A DNA stretch of 64,000 bases from Chloroflexi bacterium OHK40 (GTDB lineage Bacteria; Chloroflexota; Chloroflexia; Chloroflexales; Chloroflexaceae), in contig SFCB01000064.1 in the NCBI GenBank assembly GCA_004367505.1, positions 692 to 64,691 on the forward strand, written 5' to 3'. Each line of letters opens with the position of its first letter. The first letter of the stretch is position 1. Shown one piece after another: positions 9,856 to 19,171 of this stretch. The translations under genes and the position numbers were made by a program. Under the pieces are notes generated by a model. It had not been told where the DNA came from and did not search any database. It saw only the letters and a program-made list of their open reading frames with translations.

Positions 9856-10803
9856 ATGCGGGTGATCGTCAGCGAGTTGATCTGGGAGCCGGCCCTGGAG
9901 CCGCTGCGAGCGGCGGGCGCCGACGTGGTCTACGAGCCGGATCTCTGGCGGCGGCCTGAGGAGCTGCACAGGGCCCTGGCTGGCGCCCACGCGCTGATCG
10001 TGCGGAACCAGACCCGGGTGACGGCCAGGCTCCTCGATGCTGCCCCGCAGTTGCGGGTGGTGGGTCGCCTCGGCGTTGGCCTTGATAATATCGACCTGGC
10101 TGCGGCGCGACAGCATGGCGCAGTAGTCGTGTTCGCCCGCAGCTCCAACGCCATCGCCGTGGCCGAGTACGTCTTCGCGGCGATGTTCGAGGCCGCGCGC
10201 CGCCTGGCAGCGGCCACCGCCGATGTACGGGCGGGCGGATGGGATCGGCAAGGCTTCACTGGCTACGAGCTGTACGGCAAAACCCTGGGGATCGTCGGGC
10301 TGGGCGATATTGGCGGCCGGCTCGCCCGGCGGGCCCAGGCCTTCGGGATGCGCGTGCTGGCGAGCGACCCGCAGGTGACGCCGAGCAGCCTGCTGGTTGC
10401 CGAGTTCGGGGTGGAGCTCGTCTCGTTGGAGCACTTGCTGGGCGCGGCCGACTTCGTCTCGCTGCATGTGCCGCTGGTGCCAGCCACGGCGGGCCTGCTC
10501 AACCGCGAGCGGCTGGCGCTGATGAAGCCGGGTGCCTGGCTGATCAACACTGCCCGGGGCGGGGTGATCGACGAGGCCGCACTGGCGGAGGCCTTGCGCG
10601 CGGGTCGGCCGGGGGGCGCCGCGCTGGATGTGCGGGCGAGTGAACCACCCGGCGCCGATGACCCGCTGGCCGGGCTGCCGAACCTCATCCTCTCGCCCCA
10701 CATCGCCGGCATCACTGCCGAGTCCAACCAGCGCACCGCCACCATGGTTGTCAACGATGTGCTCCGGGTTCTCGACGGCCAGGCGCCGCTGAACCCGGCC
10801 TGA
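9856..10803 (+). CDS. D-isomer-specific 2-hydroxyacid dehydrogenase (PGDH-like)
   Basis: NAD fold GKTLGIVGLGDIGGRLARRA, NTARGGVIDEAAL and the SPHIAG catalytic His block. The start was chosen at ATG 9856, after GGAGG. Confidence 0.85.
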   Translation: MRVIVSELIWEPALEPLRAAGADVVYEPDLWRRPEELHRALAGAHALIVRNQTRVTARLLDAAPQLRVVGRLGVGLDNIDLAAARQHGAVVVFARSSNAIAVAEYVFAAMFEAARRLAAATADVRAGGWDRQGFTGYELYGKTLGIVGLGDIGGRLARRAQAFGMRVLASDPQVTPSSLLVAEFGVELVSLEHLLGAADFVSLHVPLVPATAGLLNRERLALMKPGAWLINTARGGVIDEAALAEALRAGRPGGAALDVRASEPPGADDPLAGLPNLILSPHIAGITAESNQRTATMVVNDVLRVLDGQAPLNPA

Positions 10804-10821
10804 GGGATGAAGGAGGAGCCC

Positions 10822-11892
10822 ATGAGCGCGGCGCCTCTCTACCGGGCTGACGATCTGGAGTGCTACGCGGCGGCCCTGCTGGCGGGCGCCGGTCTTCCCG
10901 CCGACGATGCGGCCCTGGTAGCCGCTGTCGTCGTTCAGGCAGACCTCGACGGAGTGGAGAGCCACGGGCTAGGCCGGCTGGCGAACTATCTGGAACGCCT
11001 GCGGCGCGGGGTGGTGAACCCGCGCCCCCAGCTGCGATTGGTGCGCCAGCAGGGGGCCACGGCGCTACTCGACGCCGACAATGGCATGGGCCAGATCGCG
11101 GCAGTGCGAGCGATGGAGGAGGCGATCCGCCTGGCCCAGAGCCACGGGATCGGCTGGGTGGCCGTGCGCCGCAGCAACCATTTTGGCGCCACCTCCTTCT
11201 ACGTGGGCCAGGCGGTGGCAGTCGGGATGATCGGCCTGGCCCTGACCAACAGTCCGCCGGGGATGGCGCCCTACGGCGGGCGTGTGGCGCGGCTCGGCAC
11301 CAACCCGATCGGGCTGGGTTTCCCCCGGGCAGGGGGCGATCCGATCGTCATCGACATGGCGACGAGCGCGGTGGCACGGGGCCAGATCATCAAGGCCGAT
11401 CGGGCCGGCCAGCCCATCCCGCCGGGTGTAGCGGTGGACGCCGCCGGTGTGGCGACGACCGACGCGGCGGCCGCGCTGCGGGGCGCGCTCCTGCCGATGG
11501 CGGGGCCAAAGGGCTACGCGCTGGCGCTGGCCTTCGAGTTGCTCTGCGGGGCCCTGAGTGGCGCGGCCCTCGCCCCTGAGATCCCCTCCTTCTTCGACAA
11601 CTGGGAGCAGCCGTCCAATGTCGGGCACGTGCTGGCCGCGATCAACATCGGCGCATTCGGCGATGCCGAGGAGTTCGGCGCGCGTGCCGCATGGCTGGCC
11701 GAAACGCTCACGGCGACGCCGCCGGCGGAGGGGCACGCCGGGGTACTCGTGCCGGGCGAGCGCCGCGCCGCGCTGGCCCGAGCGCGGCGCGCCAGTGGTG
11801 TGCCCGTGGCCGCCACAACGCTGGCGCTCCTGGCGCCCCACGGCGCCGCCCTCGGCGTACCGCCCCCGGAACCGATCACGCCCGGGGCCTGA
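10822..11892 (+). CDS. Ldh_2 (malate/L-lactate/ureidoglycolate dehydrogenase type 2) family oxidoreductase
   Basis: Blocks GVESHGLGRLANYLERLRRG, SNHFGATSFY, NPIGLGFP, and AGPKGYALALAFELL. The start was chosen at ATG 10822, after GAAGGAGGA. Confidence 0.8.
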   Translation: MSAAPLYRADDLECYAAALLAGAGLPADDAALVAAVVVQADLDGVESHGLGRLANYLERLRRGVVNPRPQLRLVRQQGATALLDADNGMGQIAAVRAMEEAIRLAQSHGIGWVAVRRSNHFGATSFYVGQAVAVGMIGLALTNSPPGMAPYGGRVARLGTNPIGLGFPRAGGDPIVIDMATSAVARGQIIKADRAGQPIPPGVAVDAAGVATTDAAAALRGALLPMAGPKGYALALAFELLCGALSGAALAPEIPSFFDNWEQPSNVGHVLAAINIGAFGDAEEFGARAAWLAETLTATPPAEGHAGVLVPGERRAALARARRASGVPVAATTLALLAPHGAALGVPPPEPITPGA

Positions 11893-11925
11893 GGGGAGCA
11901 GCCCCAGACTGCCGGTGCCCCCCTG

Positions 11926-12053
11926 GACGCCCGCCTGCGCGGGCGTGACAACGGGCGCGGCCAGGGCAACCGGTGCCAACCCGCCCGCCTGCGCGGGTGG
12001 GCCCCCACCGCGCCAGGGTGTCGTTCCCGCGCACGCGGGAACCTAGCGCCGGC
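11926..12053 (+). repeat. Copy B of the dispersed repeat family (two GC-palindrome units plus the GTTCCCGC-GCAC-GCGGGAAC hairpin)
   Basis: GACGCCCGCCTGCGCGGGCGTGACAAC (11926 onward) and CCCGCCCGCCTGCGCGGG resemble the tandem units at 56443-56610. There is a perfect 8-bp hairpin at 12023-12042. Confidence 0.7.
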
Positions 12054-12125
12054 GGGCTTTGCGTATCCATAGCCGTGCGCTTCAGCGCCACGGCACCGCC
12101 GGTACACCCGGACAGACGCGGTGGG

Positions 12126-12154
12126 TTGACAGCAGCCACGCCATGGCCTACACT
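12126..12154 (+). promoter_or_regulatory. Sigma-70-type promoter for the ROK regulator gene
   Basis: TTGACA (12126-12131), 17-nt spacer, TACACT (12149-12154); about 37 nt upstream of the GTG start at 12191. Confidence 0.5.
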
Positions 12155-12190
12155 TTCATTCATCCCGTTGAAAAATGAATTGGAGGCGCC

Positions 12191-13408
12191 GTGGCGATCA
12201 GCGGCACCGCTGGCGGCAACGTTCTCGATATCAAGTCGCACAACCTGAGCGCGCTGCTACGGGCCATCCTCCGGTATCAGCCCGTCTCACGGGTGCGGCT
12301 CGCCCGCCTGCTCGGTCTTTCGACGACCACGGTGACCAATCTGGTAGCCGAGCTTGTCGAACAGGGCCTGCTCAGCGAAGACGGCACCGATGTGCTGGCG
12401 CTGAGCGGGGGGGCCGGAAGGCTGCCACGGGCGCTGCGCTTCGTCGATGAGAGCCGCTACGGTCTGGGTATCTTCATTGGTGTACGGCGCGTGCGGCTCA
12501 CCCTCGGCGACCTGGCGGCGCGGGTGGTGGACAACGAGGTGCTGGAGCACGTGGCCGGCGAACCACCAGAGCAGACGGTTGCACGGATGGTAGAGCGGGT
12601 GCGCCCTATGCTGCGCCGGAATGGCCTCAGCCCGGGGAGCGAGCGGCTGGTAGGGGTAGGGGTAGGCGCGTCGGGCCTGGTCGCCAACGATACGGGGGTG
12701 AACTTGCTCGCGCCAACGCTCGGCTGGCGCGACGTACCGCTACGGGCCTTGTTGAGCGAAGCGCTGGATCTGCCCGTCGCGGTCGACAACAACGTGCGCT
12801 GCATGGCGCTGGCCGAGAGCATGTACGGCGCCGGGCGCGACGTCCGGGCGCTGATTTTCCTCTATGCGCAGGTTGGCGTCGGCGCGGGCCTGGTGGTCGA
12901 TGGCACGATCTACCGTGGGGCGGACTATGGCGCCGGTGAGATCGGCCACTGGACGATCATCCCCGATGGCGGGGCCGCGTGCCGCTGCGGCAACACTGGC
13001 TGCCTGGAAACGCTTATCTCCGAGCCGGCCCTGGTAGAACTGGCGGCCACGGTGCGGCCCGCGCTCCGCGACGCCGCGCCCAATCCGCTGGCGGCGCTGC
13101 TGGCCGCCGCGCGCTCCGGCGACGAAGAGCTCCGGCGCGTTCTTGCCGAGCGTGCCCGCTACCTGGGCCTGGCCCTCGCCAATCTGGTCAACGTGCTCAA
13201 CCCCGAGCTTATCCTGCTTGGCGGGCTGCTCCACGACGGATTCGACCTCTTCCAGCCCGTCGTTGAGCCGGTGATGCAGCAGCGCTCCTTCGCGAGCCTC
13301 GGCCGCAGTGTGCGCCTGCTCCCGGCCAGTTTCGGCACCCGTAGCGGCGAAGTAGGTGCGGTGGCCCTGGCCCTGAATACCTTCTTCTTCCAGCAGACGC
13401 TTGCCTGA
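12191..13408 (+). CDS. ROK-family transcriptional regulator (NagC/XylR-like)
   Basis: N-terminal winged HTH (NLSALLRAILRYQPVSRVRLARLLGLSTTTVTNLVAELVEQGLL). ROK core with GAGLVVDG, GEIGHW and the zinc motif CRCGNTGCLE. Confidence 0.9.
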   Translation: MAISGTAGGNVLDIKSHNLSALLRAILRYQPVSRVRLARLLGLSTTTVTNLVAELVEQGLLSEDGTDVLALSGGAGRLPRALRFVDESRYGLGIFIGVRRVRLTLGDLAARVVDNEVLEHVAGEPPEQTVARMVERVRPMLRRNGLSPGSERLVGVGVGASGLVANDTGVNLLAPTLGWRDVPLRALLSEALDLPVAVDNNVRCMALAESMYGAGRDVRALIFLYAQVGVGAGLVVDGTIYRGADYGAGEIGHWTIIPDGGAACRCGNTGCLETLISEPALVELAATVRPALRDAAPNPLAALLAAARSGDEELRRVLAERARYLGLALANLVNVLNPELILLGGLLHDGFDLFQPVVEPVMQQRSFASLGRSVRLLPASFGTRSGEVGAVALALNTFFFQQTLA

Positions 13409-13445
13409 GCCACACTCCGTGGGTCGCGCCCTTCGCGATGAATGG

Positions 13446-13474
13446 TTGACAAGCGGCCGCTCATGGTGTATAAC
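13446..13474 (+). promoter_or_regulatory. Sigma-70-type promoter for the ABC sugar-uptake genes
   Basis: TTGACA (13446-13451), 17-nt spacer, TATAAC (13469-13474). Confidence 0.5.
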
Positions 13475-13484
13475 CGGGGTATCT

Positions 13485-13505
13485 AATTATTCCCGATGAT
13501 TAATT
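13485..13505. promoter_or_regulatory. AT-rich imperfect dyad just downstream of the -10 box; candidate ROK-repressor operator
   Basis: AATTATTCCCGATGATTAATT has arms AATTAnTC / GAnTAATT, in an otherwise GC-rich context. It overlaps the predicted transcription start. Confidence 0.35.
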
Positions 13506-13603
13506 AATTTCCCTCGGGTCGGCGCCTGTCGATCCGCCCAGTTCTCGCCCGACGGTGTCGTCGCGCCGTGCACAGATTCCACGTAGCAAGGAGGTTGGTT
13601 CTC

Positions 13604-14998
13604 ATGGACGAGCAACCAAGGCTGAGTCGCCGACAGCTCCTGATCCTGAGCGGCCAGCTCGGGCTGGCCGCCGCAGCCCTGGCAGCGTGTGGCGCGCCCC
13701 AGGCGCCCGCAGGCGGAACGGGAAGCGGGGCGAGCCAGGGCGGTGCAGCCGAACCGGCCCAGGCCAGTGGCGAGATTGAGTTCCTCGCCTGGGGCGATGC
13801 CGCCGACATCGCCGCCTGGGAGGCCCTCAACGCCGCCTTCGCCGCCAGGAACCCCAACGTGAAGGTGAACGTTACCACCGTCGCCGACCCCAACGTGAAC
13901 TTCTACCCCAAGCTCCAGACGGCGATCGCCGGTGGTACGCCCCCCGCCCTCTCCTCCTTTCAGGGCTGGGAGTGGCAGATCTACGCCGACCGCGACCTGC
14001 TCGCGCCGATCGATGACCGGATCGCCGGCGCTGGCCTCACACCCGTCTACGATGATAGCGTGGCGGCGATCGAGGGTACCACCAAGCGCAATGGCGCGCG
14101 CTACCTGGTGCCGCTCCAGCTGGCCACCATGCTGATGTACTACTCCAAGGCGGCCTTCGATGAGGCCGGCATTCCCTACCCGACTGACGACTGGACCTTC
14201 GAGGAGTTTCTTGAGATCGCGAAGCAGCTCACCAGGCTCGACGGCGACCAGAAGCGCTATGGCTACCAGGCCAACGGCCAGTGGTTCCGCGATATCCACT
14301 GGATCCGCAGTACCGGCAAACAGGAGTTCGATAGCCTGATCGACCCGAAGGTGGCCCAGTTCAACCAGCCCGAGATCGTCGAGATGGTGCAGATGGTCGC
14401 CCAGGACTTTATGTTCTCGCTGAACATCTCGCCGCTCCAGGCCGATGTGGCCACTGGCGCTAATACGATCGAGACTGGCGGCGCTGCGATGAAGTACGAA
14501 GGCCCCTGGTGGCTTGGCCGGATGAATAGCCCCCAGCTGCGCGCCGAGGGCAAGCAGATCGAGTTCGACGTGGTGCTGATGCCCGCTGGCGCTGCCAGCG
14601 ATCGCCCCCACCGTGGTTGGTCCGAGGGCGTGGCGCTGCTGAAAGGCGAGAAGGTCGATGCGGCCTGGGCCTTCGCCAGCTTTATGGCTGGTGAGGAGGG
14701 CCAGCGGATCTACTCCGATACCACCGGCCGTATGCCAAACACCATGGCGCTGATCGAGTCCTACTGGGTGCCCAAGGCCCAGGAGCAGTTCCAGTTCTCC
14801 AACGCTGCCGCCTTCATCGAGGCCTTCCGCCGCGGCCACGTGGATGTGATCGGCCGTGTGCCGCGCAGCAAGATGTGGTCTGAGGTGGTCAAGCCGGTGG
14901 CCTGGGACCCGCTCCTGAATGGGAGCGCGAAGGCGGCCGATGTCCTGCCGCAAGTTGACGCGGCGCTCCAGAAGCTGCTCGACGAGGCGAACGCCTAG
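13604..14998 (+). CDS. ABC transporter extracellular solute-binding protein (family 1, CUT1 sugar type), lipoprotein/Tat-like signal
   Basis: The ATG at 13604 is preceded by AAGGAGG. The N-terminus is MDEQPRLSRRQLLILSGQLGLAAAALAACG (RR motif plus lipobox-like AAC). The rest resembles SBP_bac_1 proteins. Confidence 0.85.
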   Translation: MDEQPRLSRRQLLILSGQLGLAAAALAACGAPQAPAGGTGSGASQGGAAEPAQASGEIEFLAWGDAADIAAWEALNAAFAARNPNVKVNVTTVADPNVNFYPKLQTAIAGGTPPALSSFQGWEWQIYADRDLLAPIDDRIAGAGLTPVYDDSVAAIEGTTKRNGARYLVPLQLATMLMYYSKAAFDEAGIPYPTDDWTFEEFLEIAKQLTRLDGDQKRYGYQANGQWFRDIHWIRSTGKQEFDSLIDPKVAQFNQPEIVEMVQMVAQDFMFSLNISPLQADVATGANTIETGGAAMKYEGPWWLGRMNSPQLRAEGKQIEFDVVLMPAGAASDRPHRGWSEGVALLKGEKVDAAWAFASFMAGEEGQRIYSDTTGRMPNTMALIESYWVPKAQEQFQFSNAAAFIEAFRRGHVDVIGRVPRSKMWSEVVKPVAWDPLLNGSAKAADVLPQVDAALQKLLDEANA

Positions 14999-15148
14999 CG
15001 AGCCCAGGAGGCACGGCGCGACGGAGACGCGGGGATACGGGACCGGGGGATGTGGGGACGGGGGCTCGCGCTGGCCCGTCCCCGGTACTCCCCGGGTGCC
15101 ATGTCTCCCTGTCCCCCGATCACGCCGTGCCCCGGTCAGGGAGGTTCC

Positions 15149-16069
15149 ATGGCAACAACCGGCCTGAGCGAGCAGATCAAGCCGAGGCGGGCGCTCAGCT
15201 TGCAACGCCGCGAGTGGATCGCGGGCTACCTTTTCGCCTCGCCCTTTATCATCGGGTTCCTGCTCTTCACCGTCTACCCGATGCTGTATTCGATCTACCT
15301 CGTCTTCCACAAATGGGATCTGCTCTCGCCGCCCAGGTTCACCGGCCTCAGCAATATTGTCCAGCTCTTCACCGATCCGAAGGCGAGCCTGGCGCTCTAC
15401 AATACCGCCTACTATACGCTGCTGGCGGTGCCGGTGCAGATCGTCATTTCCTTCCTGCTCGCGCTGGCGCTGAGCCGGCCACTGCTGCTGCGCAATCTCT
15501 ACCGCGCCGGATTCTACATGCCGATCATCCTGCCGCTGGTGGCCAGCGCTGTGGTCTGGCAGCGCGTCTTCCACCCCGAGTACGGCATCCTCAACGAGGC
15601 GCTCGGCTGGCTCGGTATTCCGCCCCAGCCCTGGCTCTTTACGAAGGATCAGGCCAAGCTCGCCTTTGTGATCATGTCGTTCTCGATGATCGGGCGCCAG
15701 ATGGTGATCTTCATCGCTGGCCTCGCCAACATCCCAGAGTCAGTGCTGGAGGCCGCTTCGATTGACGGCGCCGGGTCGCTGCGGCGCCTGCTCAGTATCG
15801 TTGTGCCGCTGATGACCCCGCTCATTCTCTATAACGCCGTGATCGCGGTGGTCAACTCATTCCAGATCTTCATCCCCGCGCTGATCATGACCCAGGGTGG
15901 CCCGGAGGACGCGACGCTCTTTTCGGTGCTCTATATTTACCGCCAGGGCTTCGAGTATTTCAACATGGGCTACGCCGCCGCCCTCGCCTGGGAGCTCTTC
16001 GTGATCGTGATCGGCTTTACGATCGCCCAGTTCTACCTCTCGCGGCGCTTTGTGCACTACGAGAATTAA
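15149..16069 (+). CDS. ABC sugar transporter permease (MalF/UgpA-like)
   Basis: The ATG at 15149 follows AGGGAGG. It has six predicted hydrophobic segments and the EAA loop EAASIDGAGSLRRLLSIVVPL. Confidence 0.88.
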   Translation: MATTGLSEQIKPRRALSLQRREWIAGYLFASPFIIGFLLFTVYPMLYSIYLVFHKWDLLSPPRFTGLSNIVQLFTDPKASLALYNTAYYTLLAVPVQIVISFLLALALSRPLLLRNLYRAGFYMPIILPLVASAVVWQRVFHPEYGILNEALGWLGIPPQPWLFTKDQAKLAFVIMSFSMIGRQMVIFIAGLANIPESVLEAASIDGAGSLRRLLSIVVPLMTPLILYNAVIAVVNSFQIFIPALIMTQGGPEDATLFSVLYIYRQGFEYFNMGYAAALAWELFVIVIGFTIAQFYLSRRFVHYEN

Positions 16070-16186
16070 GGGCAGAAGCAGGAAGCAGCGAACCGTAGGC
16101 GGATAGCGTTCTGAGACGCTCCAGCCATCCGCAGCCGGCGCAATCGTTCCGCGACATGCTCTGCGTTCAGCTAGAGGGAGCTCACG

Positions 16187-17083
16187 ATGGCCACAGAGAC
16201 TCACCTGAGCGAGTCGCGCACGCCCGTATCCAGGCGGCGGGAGGCACTCAAGCTGCGCGGCCGCCTTGGCGACATCGCGCTTGAGGTGCTGATGTTCGCG
16301 CTCCTGCTCTTTTTCCTGGCGCCGACCTTCTGGATGATCTCGTCGTCGCTAAAGGTCTCGAACGAGATCTTTGCCACGCCCGTCACCTGGATTCCCGACA
16401 ATCCCCAGTGGGGCAACTATCTCAAGATCTTTGAGGTGTTGCCGCTCTGGCGATTCACCTGGAATACGTTCGTCGTCGTGAGCCTCGCGGTGATCGGAAC
16501 GGTGATCTCTTCGGCGATGGTGGCCTACGCCTTCGCCCGCCTGAACTGGCCTGGCCGTGATATCTGGTTCTCGCTGCTGCTGGCCACCATGATGCTCCCC
16601 GATGTGATCACTCTGGTGCCGCGCTTCGTGCTCTTCCGTAACTTCGGCTGGATCAACACCTGGCTGCCGCTGATCGTGCCCTACTGGACGGCCACCACCG
16701 CGATCTATGTCTTCCTGATGCGCCAGTTCTTTCGGGGCATTCCCTATGAGCTGGAGCAGGCGGCGATGATCGACGGCGCCGGGCGGCTGCGCATCCTCTT
16801 CCAGCTCATCCTGCCGCTCTCCGTGCCCGTGCTCGCTACTGTCGCGGTCTTTGCGATTATTCAGCACTATAACGACTTCCTCAATCCGCTGATTTACATT
16901 AACTCGCAGAGCCTCTGGACCCTCTCGCTCGCGCTGCGGGCCTACAACGATACCAATGTCTCTAACTGGGAGCTGGTCTTTGCGGCGGCGACGTTTATGC
17001 TCTTTCCCATGGTATTGCTCTTCATTTTTGCCCAGCGCTACTTCGTGCAGGGGATCGCTACTACCGGCTTCGGCGGCCGGTAG
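16187..17083 (+). CDS. ABC sugar transporter permease (MalG/UgpE-like)
   Basis: It has the EAA loop EQAAMIDGAGRLRILFQLILPL and a multi-pass hydrophobic profile. Confidence 0.88.
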   Translation: MATETHLSESRTPVSRRREALKLRGRLGDIALEVLMFALLLFFLAPTFWMISSSLKVSNEIFATPVTWIPDNPQWGNYLKIFEVLPLWRFTWNTFVVVSLAVIGTVISSAMVAYAFARLNWPGRDIWFSLLLATMMLPDVITLVPRFVLFRNFGWINTWLPLIVPYWTATTAIYVFLMRQFFRGIPYELEQAAMIDGAGRLRILFQLILPLSVPVLATVAVFAIIQHYNDFLNPLIYINSQSLWTLSLALRAYNDTNVSNWELVFAAATFMLFPMVLLFIFAQRYFVQGIATTGFGGR

Positions 17084-17101
17084 GAGACCCGGGAGTATGG
17101 T

Positions 17102-17764
17102 ATGCAGTTCTTTCTTGATAGTGCGGATGTAGGCGAGATCGCCTACGGGCTGGAGCACTGGGATATCGCGGGGGTGACGACGAATCCGCGCCACGTGCAG
17201 GCCTCCGGGAAGCCTTTCCTACGGGTGATCCGCGAGATCGCCCGGCTCGTCGAAGGCACCGAGAAGACTGTGTCGGTAGAGGTGAGCCCGCACCTGCATG
17301 ATTGGGAGGCGATGGTGGCCGAGGGCGAGCGCCTGGCTGCCCTCAGCCCGAACTTCGTGGTGAAGATCCATTGTGTGGAGGCGGCCTTCCGCGCCGTGCG
17401 CGAGCTCGCGGCACGCGGTATCCGCACCAACGTGACGCTGATCTTCTCGGCGACCCAGGGGTTGCAGGCGATGCGCTCCGGTGCCTTCTACATCTCGCCG
17501 TTCATCGGCTGGAAGGAGGCCAACGCCGAGGAGACTCGCGGCTTCATCAGCGATCTTGTGGCGATGCGGGCCAACTTTCGCTTCCCCACCCGGGTGCTGG
17601 TGGCGGCGGTGCGCAACGGGCGCCAGATCGCTGACGCCGCCGTGGCCGGGGCCGATATCGTGACCTGCGGTTTTGCGGTCTACAAGGAGGCCTTCGACCA
17701 CCCCTACACCCGCGATGGCCTCGCCAGGTTCCAGAGCTTCTGGGACAAGACCCCGTTCGAGTAG
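17102..17764 (+). CDS. Transaldolase-family class I aldolase (Fsa/TalC type, 220 aa)
   Basis: MQFFLDSADVGEI, AGVTTNP, and the Schiff-base lysine context NFVVKIHC. The length is typical of the fructose-6-phosphate aldolase/short transaldolase subfamily. Confidence 0.85.
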   Translation: MQFFLDSADVGEIAYGLEHWDIAGVTTNPRHVQASGKPFLRVIREIARLVEGTEKTVSVEVSPHLHDWEAMVAEGERLAALSPNFVVKIHCVEAAFRAVRELAARGIRTNVTLIFSATQGLQAMRSGAFYISPFIGWKEANAEETRGFISDLVAMRANFRFPTRVLVAAVRNGRQIADAAVAGADIVTCGFAVYKEAFDHPYTRDGLARFQSFWDKTPFE

Positions 17765-17774
17765 GGAGGCCAGC

Positions 17775-19169
17775 ATGCGACCCCCGACGATCGTGATCAT
17801 CGGCGCGGGTAGCGCCGTGTTCGGGCTGCGGGCACTCGCGGCGATCTTGCGCAGCGAGCGCCTGCGCGGTGTGGATCTGCGCCTGGTGGACGTGGACGAG
17901 CCGGCACTGGAGTTGATGGCCGCCGCCGCCGAGACGATGAGCCGTGCGTGGGACAGCCAGGCCCGGATCAGCGCCACCACCGAGCGGCGGGTGGCGCTGC
18001 CCGGCGCCGATTTCGTGATCGTCTCGGTGCAGGTCGGCCCCCGCGAGGAGGTCTGGGAGAAGGACTGGCGCATCCCGCTCAAGCACGGCATCCGCCAGCC
18101 CTATGCCGAGAATAGCGGACCAGGCGCTCTGGCCCACACCGCCCGCAACCTCCCGCTAATCATGGCCATCGCCCGCGACATGGAGGAGCTGTGCCCCGGT
18201 GCCTGGTACATGAACTACGTCAACCCCCTCATCCGCCTGAGCACCGCCATCCACCGCTACTCGAAGCTCAAGGTGGTGGGTATGTGCCACCAGTTGCTCT
18301 GGGGCTACGCGATGGCCACCGCCCTGCTCGCGGATCGCTACGGGATCACCCTGCCCGCCGGGTTGAAGATCGACACCAACCACGAGAACCGGCGCTTCCG
18401 CGAGCCGCTGATGCAGGCCGGCCTGCAATACCTCGATATCAAGGCCGCCGGGATCAACCACTTCTCCTGGATCTACGATATCCGCGATAAGGCCACCGGC
18501 GAGGATCTCTACCCGCTACTGCGCGAGCGCTGGCTGCACCAGGAGACGATGGCTGGCTTCGAGCCGCTCTCGCGCGAGGCCTTCCGCATCTTCGGGCTGA
18601 TGCCTACGCCCAGCGACAGCCACCTCTGCGAGTTCCTCCCGTGGGTCCACGATCCCGTCAAGAAGCCATGGGAGCGCTATGGCCTGGAGCCCCAGAACTG
18701 GCAGGGCAACCACCAGCGCCGGGCCGACCGCCGGGCCCTGGCGCGGGCCGTAGTTGAGGGCGATCCTGCCGCCCTGGAGCGGGTGCGCAACGAGCGGAGC
18801 GAGGGCATCCCCGAGGTGGTCGAGGGGGTTCACTTCAACCTCAACACCTTCGTGCAGCAGCTCAATCTGCCCAACCAGGGCCTGATCCCCAACCTGCCCG
18901 CCGACGCGATCGTCGAGGTGCCCGGGGTGACGAGTGGTCTCGGTGTGCGCGGCCTGGGCGTGCCCGCGCTGCCCGAGCCGATCGCTGAGCTGTGCCGGCG
19001 CGAACTGGCCTACAGCTCGCTGGTGGTGGATGCCTGCTACCACGGCGACCGGGACCTGGCGCTCCAGGCGTTGCTGCTCGACCCGATGGTCAACGATATC
19101 GAGACGGCCCGGGCCATCCTGGCGGAGTTTTTGAGCGAGTTCGCCGCCTATCTGCCGCAGTTCGCCTAG
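17775..19169 (+). CDS. Glycoside hydrolase family 4-like NAD(+)/Mn-dependent glycosidase
   Basis: The ATG at 17775 follows GGGAGG. It has the N-terminal Rossmann motif IVIIGAGSAVFG, the VVGMCHQ Cys-His block and GINHFSW, which match GH4 hallmarks. Confidence 0.75.
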   Translation: MRPPTIVIIGAGSAVFGLRALAAILRSERLRGVDLRLVDVDEPALELMAAAAETMSRAWDSQARISATTERRVALPGADFVIVSVQVGPREEVWEKDWRIPLKHGIRQPYAENSGPGALAHTARNLPLIMAIARDMEELCPGAWYMNYVNPLIRLSTAIHRYSKLKVVGMCHQLLWGYAMATALLADRYGITLPAGLKIDTNHENRRFREPLMQAGLQYLDIKAAGINHFSWIYDIRDKATGEDLYPLLRERWLHQETMAGFEPLSREAFRIFGLMPTPSDSHLCEFLPWVHDPVKKPWERYGLEPQNWQGNHQRRADRRALARAVVEGDPAALERVRNERSEGIPEVVEGVHFNLNTFVQQLNLPNQGLIPNLPADAIVEVPGVTSGLGVRGLGVPALPEPIAELCRRELAYSSLVVDACYHGDRDLALQALLLDPMVNDIETARAILAEFLSEFAAYLPQFA

Positions 19170-19171
19170 CC

